Under the pieces are notes generated by a model, which did not search any database, was not told the DNA's origin, and saw only the letters and a program-made list of their open reading frames with translations. From Octopus vulgaris (lineage: Eukaryota): a stretch of DNA of 64,000 nucleotides. The stretch spans positions 76,570,001 through 76,634,000 of the forward strand of contig OX597814.1 of NCBI GenBank assembly GCA_951406725.2. The letters are read 5' to 3'. Positions 40,590-52,675 of the stretch are shown one piece after another. The position numbers were made by a program, and so were the translations under genes. Position 1 is the first letter of the stretch, and every line of letters starts with the position of its first letter.

Positions 40590-40748
40590 CCCTTTAAGGC
40601 TCAGTATAAATACGGTTTTTCATGGAGGATGCAAAAAATGGAAAAGCATAGATGATAATAACTTATAAAGCAAATGTTGCTTATATATCACACCTATCTC
40701 CTTCAGAATTTAGCAATGTGTCAATAAGCTACACCTGACCTTAAAGGG
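40590..40748. mobile_element. 159-bp piggyBac-type MITE
   Basis: TTAA|CCCTTTAAGGCTCAG ... CTGACCTTAAAGGG|TTAA. Confidence 0.85.
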
Positions 40749-41068
40749 TTAAAACAATAAGGTATGATTTGAGGGAGAGTTGACTGCAATGTAGGGATTA
40801 TCTCACTACCTTGAGAACATGGAAAATTGAAATGAGGTGATGTTCCTGCTAACCCAAAAAGAAAGAAGAAATTAAGTGGTATTAGGTGAAGTGAATATCT
40901 AGAATAGGAATCAAAACTAGTTCATCACTATCAGCTTATATACTATTCTAAGGCATTTGTCACTTCATGTTTTTATTCAAGATAAAATTATCACTAAAAA
41001 TATCTACCAAATAAATTACAATTTGTTCTTTACAATTAAGAATTAGATTTTACCATCAAGCATCTTAC

Positions 41069-41129
41069 CATTTTTTAAATTCAAGGTATCGTTTTCTACA
41101 GTCCTGTCACTAGAATGATAACTTTGATT
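41069..41129 (-). CDS. NUFIP1: NUFIP1 exon 7 (NQSYHSSDRTVENDTLNLKN)
   Basis: TTTAG acceptor, G|GTAAGA donor, 61 nt; supplies the phase 0 to 1 change needed to reach exon 8. Confidence 0.7.
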
Positions 41130-41837
41130 CTAAATGAACAAAATAAAAAAAATTCATGTTAAATATGATATAATACAAGCATAATTTATATAAACAGATT
41201 TAGCATTTTTCATAAATTTTAGTTTGATTCTCAATGGTATCCTTGCAACTAGATTTATCATAATTCTTTCCGATTTGAAATTACAATTGATAGACTTATT
41301 CACAAAAAAATGTTCAGAATTCAAATCCAGCTGGATTTGATTTTATATTTCATTCTTTGAATTAAGAGCAAATATTTAATAGCTTCCTATTGTTAAAACA
41401 AAATTATATCAAAATGAATTGCTTTATATCACCTTAAAATTTTACTGGGATTTAATCTTTTGACTAGCCATGCTAGGACATTACTTTCTGGGCTTTTAAA
41501 CAATTATACTGCCCCTACTCTAATACATTAACAGCCTCAGACCAGTTTCACTCATGAGGCCTAGGTGAACCCATGGGTATGGTACAAGACACTTGGTTAA
41601 GGTATGCACTCTGATTAAACCTTGATCCATGTGATTGTAAAATCAATTTCTAAATCTAACAGCCATGAATGATTTAAGATATTGTAAATAATTTTAGCAA
41701 GAAGATATGAAAAACCATTTAAAATTTTGTCCAACTATACCACTTCAATAAGTGACACTGTTGTGTAACAAAATTTCAATAAAATCTAAACCAATAAATG
41801 TTCATGCACAGTAGTAACATAATGATAAAATGAAAAC

Positions 41838-41919
41838 CTTTCTAAAACGTCTTTTTAAATGTTTAGTCTGGCTATAACGATGTTTTCCTCTAGGCATACC
41901 AGGTCTATGGTGAAAGGAC
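41838..41919 (-). CDS. NUFIP1: NUFIP1 exon 6 (basic region SFHHRPGMPRGKHRYSQTKHLKRRFRK)
   Basis: TTTTAAG acceptor, AAG|GTTTTC donor (weak), 82 nt, phase 2/0 fits neighbours. Confidence 0.75.
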
Positions 41920-42776
41920 CTTAAAAGAAATTCATTATTGTTAGAATTACAAGCAACAAACAAAATACATTTTTATATTACTAAATTGTTTTATATTAGT
42001 TTAATGAATAGTTAACTAAAAGAAATTCTGTCCAAATGACAGCTACAATACAATGTTTTCTCTCATTTTTACAGGAAACGATGTAAGTAAAAATTTGCCT
42101 ATGTGCAAATTTTGGCTTTCTTTGCAAAGTATGTGCACATCCATTAATTATACATCTTTAATTAAAAACATTCAATTTTGAAGTTCTTATGTGAGCACAT
42201 TTTTCTTTAGTGTACTCATTATAAAATGTGTATACATGTGCAAAGCTAAAAGAGAACACTGCCACAAATACTGTACTAATGAGAGTTGTTTTTGCTTACA
42301 GTCAACAGCTAGCTTTGAGAAGTGGGCTGCATAAACCTACTTTTTCTACAAGATGACATACTCCATGAATATGTGCTGTCATCATTGTTTTTTAGCAGCT
42401 AGTTTTCCATGCTTGAATGGATCAGATGAAATTTGTTGAAGATTTTCTTTCTGTAGCCAAGTAAAGTAATATTTCTTCCAATCCTTTGAGCATAAACAGA
42501 ACAATGGCTGGACATGATTTCATGGAAGATTGCAAACCAACAATACCACTTGTATGATGGTGATACTTTTACAACTAGCACATGACATCAAGACAAAGAG
42601 ACATGAACACATACATGACAGACTCCTGTCAGTTTCGGTTTATGCTTATAAGAACAAAAGGTTTAAATATCTTTCAATAACTATATTAAAAGAACTTCCT
42701 TAATGTTAATTATATAGGTTGCAAAAATGGTAAAATAACTTCAAATATAAAAATGTCATAGGATAGGAATGCTTAC

Positions 42777-42860
42777 TTTGATTCTAGGACCTCTCCACGA
42801 CTAATTTTGTCATCCATTATGAATTTTTTCTTGGCAATATTAGCAGTAGTTGGGAAATTC
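42777..42860 (-). CDS. NUFIP1: NUFIP1 exon 5 (NFPTTANIAKKKFIMDDKISRGEVLES)
   Basis: TTTTCAG acceptor, GTAAGC donor, 84 nt, phase 2/2; completes the ER.RN[YF]PT motif. Confidence 0.95.
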
Positions 42861-43406
42861 CTGAAAACACAAAATTTTGAAAACAATAAATATTAAATTG
42901 AATTTTTTAAATTGTGTCAACTTGCAAAAGCTAATTAAATACAGTCTAATTACTAGCATTCATCTTAACTACAAAAAAATGCTAATATTTTACAGAGTAA
43001 TTAAAAATTTCTCATTTATAAGGAATGGATCATAGTGTTCTATGATCCAATAGTTTTAAATAGATGCTTTGCGGGGCATATAATTATAAATATTCTAATT
43101 GATACAGAAGGCAGCATTGCTTTAATAAAAAAGCAACTGAAAATAATTATAGACAATAGCACACAATATCTAAGTTATTCAATTAATATCAACGATGTGC
43201 TGGGTCTAAACATACAATAACACATAAGAACTCTAGCATTGTAAAGTGCATTTTACTGCACCTTATGATGCTAAAGTTGTGATGTTTCACTGTAGTCAAT
43301 ATGGAATTAACCACTTGATAGGTACATTCAATGCACCTAATTAGTGCTTTAAGTCTGTAGTCTTTAAAGTCTGTCTCCTTTAAAGACAGGCTTAACTGCA
43401 TTTTAC

Positions 43407-43489
43407 CGTTTCCTTTCTGCAATCCATTTCTCAATTTCTTCCTGGGATTCCATGTTCCATATTTTTTTAGCAAGTCCTGTATCATGATG
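43407..43489 (-). CDS. NUFIP1: NUFIP1 exon 4 (HHDTGLAKKIWNMESQEEIEKWIAERKR)
   Basis: TTTCAG acceptor, CG|GTAAAA donor, 83 nt; first half of the conserved NUFIP1/Rsa1 motif (EEI.KW..ER.R). Confidence 0.95.
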
Positions 43490-43877
43490 CTGAAATATAA
43501 AATAAAACAGATTAAATGAGTTTCATGTAAAGTCAAATCTTTATGAGCCAGTATATCGTCAGTAAAAACTGTGACATATGAAATATAAAAAAACCAGCTC
43601 AAGGGAGCCAACTTTGTCTGCAATATTAAGAAGTATATGTAGAAGGAATAAGCAAAAGAAAGCAAAAGGAAAGTGAACCTGTATCAACAAATTTTCGTTG
43701 CCATTTCACTATAACTCTTATTCAGAGCAGGATATACTCATAAACAGAGAGTTCAGGACAAGAAATATAGAATATTAATCAATGATCAACAATGTAGTCA
43801 GTAAAAGATTTTCACAGCTGTACATTTCTGAGACCCATTTCAAATATCAGAAATTATCTACTACTTAAAATCATGAA

Positions 43878-43909
<32 letters not shown>

Positions 43910-43912
<3 letters not shown>

Positions 43913-44208
43913 ACCCCGAAAGGATGAAAGGCAAAGTCGACCTTGGTGGAATTTGAACTCAGAACATAACAGCAGACAAAATACCTATTTCTTTACTACC
44001 CACAAGGGCCTAAACACAGAGAGGACAAACAAGGACAGACAAACGGATTAAGTCGATTATTCGACCTCCAGTGTGTAACTGGTACTTATTTAATCGACCC
44101 GGAAAGGATGAAAGGCAAAGTCGACCTCGGCGGAATTTGAACTCAGAACGTAGCAGCAGGTGAAATACCGCTAAGCATTTCGCCTGGCGTGCTAACGTTT
44201 TTGCCAGC
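43910..44208 (-). mobile_element. Dimeric Meta-type SINE next to (TA)n
   Basis: Same two-unit layout as 16950-17260. Confidence 0.88.
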
Positions 44209-45804
44209 TTATAAAAATATAAGTGTGAATATCAGTGTGTTACACTTTTTCAACTTTACTCCTAGAGGTCATAGCCCAACATATACCATTTCAGAATCAG
44301 GCCGACTCCGTGAGTAAATTATAATCATTCTGGGTCAAATCTGGACCCACACCCTGAAATTTTGGATTCCCAAGTTTTCATTAGTATAATTGTTTACAGC
44401 AATTGTTTTTATACAATAACAATTTTTATAATCTAAAGGCTAAGTAAATTAAAAACCATTCCAGGCCGAATCCAGACCTGCAATCCTGTAATTTTGGGTT
44501 CCTGTTTTCGGTGATTTTTTTTTTTTTTTTTACATGATTGAAAAGCAAAAGAACGAAATATTAAATGGATTTATGAATGAAAGTTTGGTAATTGCGTTTG
44601 CTTCCACCACGCAACACTTATTATTGCAAACAGGTCTTAACTAACCTAAACTACACACACACACAAATACATTCATATATATATGTCTCAAGTTGTATCT
44701 GTAATTCAAAGGGGCCAGCCTTGTCATATTTTGTGAGGCTGAATCTCCCCGAGAACTATCTTAATGTTATCCATGTCTGTGGAGTACTCAGCCATTTGTG
44801 AGTTAATTTTATCCTTGTGTTAATGAAAAGTGAAACCGGCTGTGTGTATGTATCTATGTATGAACTTTTCTTTGGAGTTATGTATCTGCTGTCTCTTTCA
44901 CTTCCTTTGTGTCTCTCTCCTGCTTTTGATTTAACAATATATGTATCTATTTATCTACTTCTCTCGTGATGTGATAAACATTTAAAAACACAAAACGAAT
45001 GCAGTCACCACTCACTGTCTCTTTCACTCTCTCTCTTTCTCTCTAAATTCCTCTCTGCCCTCCTCTCTTGCACTTTGCCACTTCTTTGAAGTAAGTGTGA
45101 CACACAACAGGGACATACAAAAACAAAAAATTAGCGTATAAATATTATTGATAGTCATGAAAGGATTAAAACATTTCAAATCTCTTCTAGTTTTTATATA
45201 GTGTACTATCAAAGGACCTTCGCCTTGCAAGTTATTTGATGACCCCTGCCAGTGTTGATGCATGAAATCCACACTGGACTTCAGTGGTTGGTGTTTGGAA
45301 GGGCATCCAGCTGTAAAAACCAAGTCAAAACAGACAGTGAAGCCTGGTGCTGTCATCTGCCTAGCCAGCTCCTGTCAACCCATCCAATCCATGCCAGCAT
45401 GGCAAACAGGCATTAAATGATAATGACTGTATGATACAGATAGTTTACTCTATTTCTAAGAAACTGATCCCCGATTTTCACTCCTCAGAATTTTGAAAGA
45501 AAAACATCTCCAATACTGTATGTACAACATTCATTTGAGACCTTTATTTCATAGAGAATAACCAAAATACAAAGGGAAAAAAGACAAAAAAAGGGATAGG
45601 AGATAAACATTATTAAAAGGAATTCCTATGAGTTTGACAAGTTCAAATGTTTTTACTTGATTGTGGACGTCATTAACCGTCCACAAACAAGCAAAACACT
45701 ACATACTATTTGTTCTTTGTTCTCAGATGAAACATAAGAACCCAGAACAATAGATTCTTCACTTGGCAATTGAACTTCTTAAATTCTTCTATGGACTAAT
45801 TAAT

Positions 45805-46012
45805 TCTTTCTACTAAAGGTACAAAGCCTGAAATTTGGGGAAGTGGACTAGTCAATTACATCAACCCCAGTGTTTCATTTGTACTTTATTAACCCTGAAA
45901 GGGTGAAAGGTAAAGTCAACCTCGGTGGGTTTTGAACTCAGAATGTAAAGATGGACAAAATGTCACAAAACATTTTGCTTAGTGTGTTAATGATTCTGCC
46001 AGCTCATTGCCT
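45805..46012 (-). mobile_element. Meta-type SINE
   Basis: Degenerate head, B box, core and tail. Confidence 0.75.
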
Positions 46013-46203
46013 TTCTTTTATGGACTAATTAATAACACCACAAATGACAGTTTTCTCACTAATCATATTGACTGAAAGGAAGCAACTATGTAAGATAAAC
46101 ACTTAAGATCACAGACAATATATAATTGGTAAAAAATATAGGGATTTAGAAAATATGATAGAGTAATAATATGAAATACTTAAAATTTCTAAACAATATT
46201 TAC

Positions 46204-46266
46204 CATTTTGATGTGTATTTTAACCAATTTTGGGACAGCAAAATAATTACAATTTTCTTTGGGGCA
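46204..46266 (-). CDS. NUFIP1: NUFIP1 exon 3, zinc finger 2 (CPKENCNYFAVPKLVKIHIKM)
   Basis: Polypyrimidine tract plus CAG acceptor, ATG|GTAAAT donor, 63 nt, phase 0/0. Confidence 0.92.
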
Positions 46267-47310
46267 CTGAAAAAAAGAAAATAAATGAGTCAATATCATA
46301 GTGAGTTCTAGGGAAAAGGGTCTAAAAAGCATTAACATCCATGGAGTAATTGATGAGGGAAAAATTACTTGTATATCTCCATTGATATATGTTATACGTG
46401 GACAAAATAGAAAGACAGACAGACAAACAGAGGAGGCAAATACATTCAAAACACAAGATAAGCACAGGTTACAACTTTGCTTTGCAACTATGTGTTCCAC
46501 TTTGTGGCACACTATGAGCAAGAGCTTCAGAGTGACCTATGCTTTTTGAGTGGAATTAACAGACAGAAACTGAGAGGAAAACTGTTGTGCATGTGTGAGT
46601 GTGAATGTTGTTCCAAATGTCATTAGTGTCTGAGTGAAAAGAAACAGTGCCTTTATTTGTTTCAGTTTTCAATGTGAGGAATGAGAGAAAATACACTTCA
46701 CATGGTAAACAGGTATGGGTTCATGACAAGAAAAGCATCACGTTGTAGCAAAAAAGTGAATGTGAAACTGAACTAACAAACAATAGCAAAATAAAATCCA
46801 CAAAAACTATATCAATGATGATTGTGTGTTGGTGATGTAGTGATCTTAATACTAAAACTCTAGGGATGTTTGTACCTGAAATATCTCAGAAATAGCATAT
46901 TTTATCTTAATTTTTTGGTTTTTCATGTATATTTTCATACTTACCTTCGGTAGTGCAGTACAAATTTTTGTGACATTTGGACCTCTTTTTATTCATGAAA
47001 ATGAGTAAACTCGTGTTTGTTATTTCTTGACGACAAAAAATGACTTCTGTGACAACACACATAATGAATGTCACGACTTGTCAGTCAACACAAACACAAT
47101 CTGCTATCTGTGACATATACACACTCACACAGTTTTCATACCCTCAGAAAAAAGAAACAAAAAATTTTGATTTTTGAGGTACACAATATTTTAATCATTT
47201 AGAAATATTTTTAACTGAATGTGATTTTGAAAATGTAAGTTATTTGTACAGTAAGTATTTATATTCTAGCTTTCTTTAAACAAAGTTTTTTTTTTAAACT
47301 ATATTCAAGT

Positions 47311-47845
47311 CGTTAATTTCTGTAAAATTTTTTATTTAATTTTGTTTTAAAGTGAAAGATGTATGTACGTGTATATGAAATAGATTGTGCATGTGAGAGA
47401 GAAAGAGAAGAGAGAGAGAGAGAGAGAAGTGAGAGAGATAGAAAAGAGAGAGAGAGATAGAGAAGAGAGAGAGAGATAGAGAAGAGAGAGAGAGATAGAG
47501 AAGAGAGAGAGAGATAGAGAAGAGAGAGAGAGATAGAGAAGAGAGAGAGAGATAGAAAAGAGAGAGAGAGATAGAGAAGAGAGAGTGAGTGGGTGAAGGG
47601 GTGTGTTTGTCATGTATACATACATACATCAATACACATGAATACATCTTTTTTGTATGTGCATGTGTGTGCAAGAGACAGAGAGTGAATGAACACATGT
47701 TCTCATGTAAGTGTAAGTGGCAGTCTTTCTCTCTCTCTCTCTCTCACACACACATCCATTTCATATACCATTCATACAGCTTTCACTTTCTCCTCTGTTT
47801 CACTTTAAAACAAAAGTAAATAAAAAATTTTTATGGAAATTAACG
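47311..47845. mobile_element. Foldback/MITE-like element enclosing a GA-rich compound microsatellite
   Basis: CGTTAATTTCTGTAAAATTTTTTATTTAATTTTGTTTTAAAGTGAAA at left is the inverted partner of TTTCACTTTAAAACAAAAGTAAATAAAAAATTTTTATGGAAATTAACG at right; no TSD identified. Confidence 0.65.
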
Positions 47846-48289
47846 AACAAAACCAGCTGATCTGGATGACAGTTCTGAGAGTCAAAGCAAAAGATTGTCC
47901 CTAGGGAATACCATTACAAAAATTATTTTGGGTGCATTCAGCATATCTCAGCACCAAAGGTTTGGCTGCTATTTTTAGCATGCCCTGCTATCCCGTAGCA
48001 GCTATTTGCAATAAAGGACCCAAAATACCCATTACGTGGTAGCAGGGCATGCAAGAAATAGCAGCAAAATCGTTCCATTCCAGGGAAAAGAGCCGTTTAT
48101 GCATGATTTTGATGTCACATTTGTTGAAAGCATGCGAAATAACCCGGAAAAGAAAGAAAAACCAATGACACAAAACTCCATTGCTGGGAAACTCAGACTT
48201 TCCAGGTGAACCAACGAGTCATAGGTAGTCTAGTGGTAGACTATTACCATTACAATACTAACATACAATGGAAGTACATATTCACCAAT

Positions 48290-48535
48290 TGATGGCTTCC
48301 ATGCCGGTGGCACCTAAAAAGCACCAACTGATCGTAGCCGTTGCCAGCCTTCTCTGGCCCCTGTGCTGGTGGTACATAAAAAGCACCCACTACTCTTACG
48401 GAGTGGTTGGCGTTTGGAAGGGCATCCAGCTGTAGAAACACTGCCAGATCAGACTGGAGCCTGGTGCAGCCTCCTGGCTTCCCAGACACCAGTCGAACCA
48501 TCTAACCAATGCTAGCATGTTAAACGATGATGATG
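48290..48535 (+). mobile_element. RTE 3'-end fragment (others at about 33085-33230, 45280-45425, 52290-52430, 56385-56638)
   Basis: GGAAGGGCATCCAGCTGTAGAAAC...GCTAGCATG..AAACGATGATGAT matches the RTE 3' terminus in this window. Confidence 0.8.
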
Positions 48536-48849
48536 GGAATAGCATTTATGGACAGATAGATATATTAGAATAAAATAATACATAAGCACTACTAAAAACC
48601 AGTCCTTAATATAAAAAGAAATTTTTTTATTTTTCTTATTATATATATCATGGTAAATTTCAATCATTGGACAGCAACCATGCTGGAGCACTGCTTTAAA
48701 GGGTTTTAGTCAAATGAATTGCCCAGTCCGCTTTTTATTTTTTAAACCTGATACTTATTCTATCGGTCCCTTATGCTCAACCACTAAACTATGGGGATAT
48801 AAACAAGCTAACATTAAGATGAAGTGGTGGTGGTAAGGCAGGGACAAAG

Positions 48850-48885
<36 letters not shown>

Positions 48886-49179
48886 CATTCTTTAACAAGA
48901 ATAGTATTCACAGTAACATTGAAGTTTCAGCCAGGTAAGCCATCAGCAGATGGACAGGTGGAACTAGATATATTATCTGAATTTTATACTATGAAGTATC
49001 CATCATGGCTGATCTCACCAATTGGTTTCACACAAAAATACAATGGAGTGTTAGGTAACAATCGAATTATATAATTATGTTCATCAGAGGTAGCTGATAT
49101 GGAAGTGAATATGGCGATTGCTCTCTATTGACAGAGGTGGATTAGCACAACCAGTCAGTGGCTGCTGAGAAAAAAAGTA

Positions 49180-49325
49180 GTTTTGTCTGCCATATCCACT
49201 CACAAAGCTTTGGTCAGCCCAGGGTAATAGTTGAAGAGACTTGCCCAAGGTACCATGCAGTGGTACTGAATTAGGAACCATATGGTTGGGAAGCAAACTT
49301 CTTACCATACAGCCATGCCTACACC
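49180..49325 (-). mobile_element. tRNA-derived CORE-type SINE fragment
   Basis: Minus strand AGGCATGGCTGTATGGTAAGAAG...ACCTTGGGCAAGT; related pieces at 41560-41670 and 46470-46600. Confidence 0.65.
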
Positions 49326-49738
49326 TAAGTACCTGGAGAATTTCCTAATAAAAGGGCCACAGTTTTCCCAGTTTAACCAAGTAATAAAGCAAGATAAGCA
49401 ATAGTTAGGTAAGCTAAAATTTACACATTATAAATATGAGCGATTAAAATTTGCAACTGTGGTGCCTTGGCATTCATTGATAACAATGAGATATACTAAT
49501 ATGGTATCTTTCCTTTTCTTGTTTCAGTCATTAAACTGCAGCCACACGGGGGCACTGCTTAGAAGAATTTCAGTCAAATGAATTGACCCCAGTATTCACT
49601 TTCTAAGCCTGTTACTTATTCTATTGATCTCTTTTGCCGAACCACTAAGTTACAGGTACATTAACACACCTACACCTGTTGCCAAGCAATGATGGGGGAC
49701 AAAAACAGACAAAAAAGATGTGCACACACACACACATG

Positions 49739-49773
<35 letters not shown>

Positions 49774-50649
49774 TATTATTACCAGCAAGTCTACCTATCT
49801 ATGATGGAGGCATAAAATGAGGAAGGGAAGTCATAACATCAGTATGTATTGGGATATGTGTAAATGGACTTGATAGATTACTGGGTGATGTCTTAGAGAA
49901 AGCACATTGTTGGTAATACAGCATTCTATTGTAACTATATGACATGTGATGACAATTCACTCCCAAACTGAAATAGGCTCCCAGCCTCTGTGTCATGAAT
50001 GGTTATGTAGACCACTCCTAGTGAAAGCCAGAGCTTCCTTCAACCACTACATAAAAAGAATTAAAAAAATAAAAAATTTTATTTAAATATACTTTTATTT
50101 TAGTTGTTTACACTATTTTACACTTGCTTATACTCTTATACATTCAAAGTTCACAAATTTCCTTATTTAAATTATGGATCATATTCCTTTCAATATCAAT
50201 ATAATTACAAAACTTCTTTGTAGACGTTTTTTTGTGCTTGGTTGACACTTATTTTCAAATTACTGCAGTCCATTGCTCTACTCATAGTGATGTATAACTG
50301 GCCGTGTGTAAAATCGAAGTGGGTAAAAATACACCTACACAATCTAAAGTCTGGTCTTGTACCTTGTTTGCTGTGATTGCGCAAGCGGAATCTTTAGGAT
50401 TGCAAAAAATCAAACTAAGACTTACCTCTCACTGATCTATGCAAATCACGTCTGGATGTTCTGGTACCATAGGTTATTTTGATTGACAAAACTGAGATGT
50501 AACAACAGCTGCTTTGGATCCTGCTCAAGACTAACACACTACAATAACCACTAAATAATCACACACACTATATACTGACACACACTTTTTCCATTTTATT
50601 TTCGCTATTTAACTGTTCTTGAGGCCCCCTTCATATCTATGATGGGGCC

Positions 50650-51190
50650 ACGAGAACTATACAATGAAAATCCAGAGTTACTTGTGGCTGATGAATTTTT
50701 AATAAAAATTTGAAGGTGATTTATAAATTCAAAAATCAATATCCACAAAATAATCATACTTCGATTTTTTTTAATGCTAAAAATCCTGAAAAATATCGTA
50801 ACCACTGGTCCAGCTGTCTGGCCATGAAGAGGGAACAAATAGATGGACAGGCAGACAGACATAACGCCCATTATAGTAAGATAGCAAAATTGCCCATCTA
50901 CAAAGGGAAATAAAGGGATAGTATCACAAATCTAAACCCTCTAAATTCATGAACTATACAAGGAGAAATCCAGAGTTAATCCTCATCACTGGAATTTTAA
51001 CAAAAAAAAATCAAAGGTGATTTATTAATACAAAACTCAATCTCCACTAAATGACTGTATTTTTTCAACATTTTTTTTGTTAAAAAACTTCCTAATTACC
51101 TCCTTTGTAATCCAAAAGAACATCATGACCATTGGTCCAGCTATTTGGGAAGGGGAACAGACAGATGGACATAACACCCATTATTATTAT
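50650..51190 (+). repeat. Two diverged tandem units of about 270 bp resembling non-autonomous Helentron/DINE-like 3' ends
   Basis: Both units run GAACTATACAA..AAATCCAGAGTTA ... TGGTCCAGCT ... ACAGAC.GAC/ATGGAC ATAAC.CCCATTAT; family assignment is inference. Confidence 0.45.
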
Positions 51191-52526
51191 TATTAATAAT
51201 AATAATATAAGTGGCCAGCAAGTATTAAAGCCGAAAAGATAAATTTATAATTATAATTGAGGGTACACAAAGTACCAGCGTTGCTAGAAATAAGAGTCAA
51301 AAAATACTCAAATAAGCCACAATTTCACTGAAAATTCAATAGAGTGACGAAAACTGAGGAATGAGTAAAAAAGTTAACCTACAATTGTGGTTGCATCTCC
51401 ACATATTTTAACTCCTTTGTGCAACTAGTTACCTCACCCTCCTCTCCCTGGAACCAATTTCCATCCTTCAAACTCAATACCATCCCTTCCCACTATTCAC
51501 TGATTACTCTTTTGTGATACCAAGTATCCCTCCTCTTCTGAGCTACATCTTAGGAATACAAAACCTCATCTCTACCTCCCTCATATCTGCTATCACTCTC
51601 AACATCCCCTCATATCTGTTGTCAACAATTCCACCTTCGCTCCACTATGTAACTCAAACCTTCATCTCTGTCCCTATAAATTTCTCTCCCTATTTTCTGA
51701 TAGGCTTATTCTAGTGCTACTCTCCATCCACTTCTAGTATTGCCACTTATCACCTCCTCCTTCTAAGCTATTTCTTTTATGTTCTCTCCCACACTGATAT
51801 TTACTACCAACTACACCACTGCTCTTCTACACCATTCACTATATTAAACTCTGTCCCCCATCTCTAACTGCTTGTCACTTTCCTCTCACACCTCCCAATC
51901 CCAAGTTCATATTCTTTCTTACATTCATCTTATATCTAGACAGTATGCTCTGACACTTCTTCAATATCTGTATTATTTCCATATACCATTTGTCTACAGC
52001 AAAAAATTTTCTCTACAATAAAACACAATGAATGGCTTTCTTACAGGTTCAAATATGCCCCAAGCATATTTGAACCGGTAATAACCTCATATTTATACAC
52101 TTAACTGCTTAGTGCTGCCACCCCACCTTTGCAGTTACTTCCCCCCACTCCTATACAATATAAGGTAGCAATGTATCTCCTTTTAGCAAAACACACGTGC
52201 ATGTCCTCTATGATACTTTAGCTTTTTAACATTAGTTACATGGGGAGGGTTCTTTATGTTGCAAGTTACTTAGTGACCTCACTCAAGTTGATGTCATGTA
52301 AAAGGCACCCAGTACACTCTGTAAAGTGGCTGGCATAAGGAAGGGCTTGGAAACCCTGCCAATCCAGACATCAGAGCTCAACAGTCTTCTGGCCCATTGG
52401 ATCCTGTGAAACTATGCAACCCATGCCAATATCAATTTAAACTATAAAAGTAAAAAGAGTAATGAATTTTAGTTAGACACTCATTCATTTTTGCCATTTC
52501 GGTTAGTTATTAGTGAGTACATTTAC

Positions 52527-52643
52527 CTTTTCATGACAGTCAATATGTTCTTTGTAAATCAGCTCTGTTTTGAAGCCACGGTCACAAATATCACAGTTAA
52601 AAGGGAAATCCTCAATAAGATTTTTCTTCTTTTTATTTTTTTC
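52527..52643 (-). CDS. NUFIP1: NUFIP1 exon 2, C2H2 zinc finger 1 (EKNKKKKNLIEDFPFNCDICDRGFKTELIYKEHIDCHEK)
   Basis: TTTTCAG acceptor, AAG|GTAAAT donor, 117 nt; CDICDRGFK..Y.EH...H matches the NUFIP1 zinc finger. Confidence 0.93.
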
Positions 52644-52675
52644 CTGAAAAGTACAAATATAAAACACATATATAC

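Noticed and set aside
43189-43665. 158-aa minus-strand ORF as a separate gene
   Set aside because: Overlaps NUFIP1 exon 4 in a different frame and has no recognisable motif.
50426-50491. Candidate poison exon in NUFIP1 intron 2 (CAG acceptor, GTAAGT donor, FCQSK*)
   Set aside because: Weak polypyrimidine tract, probably transposon-derived, no transcript evidence; such sites arise by chance in long introns.
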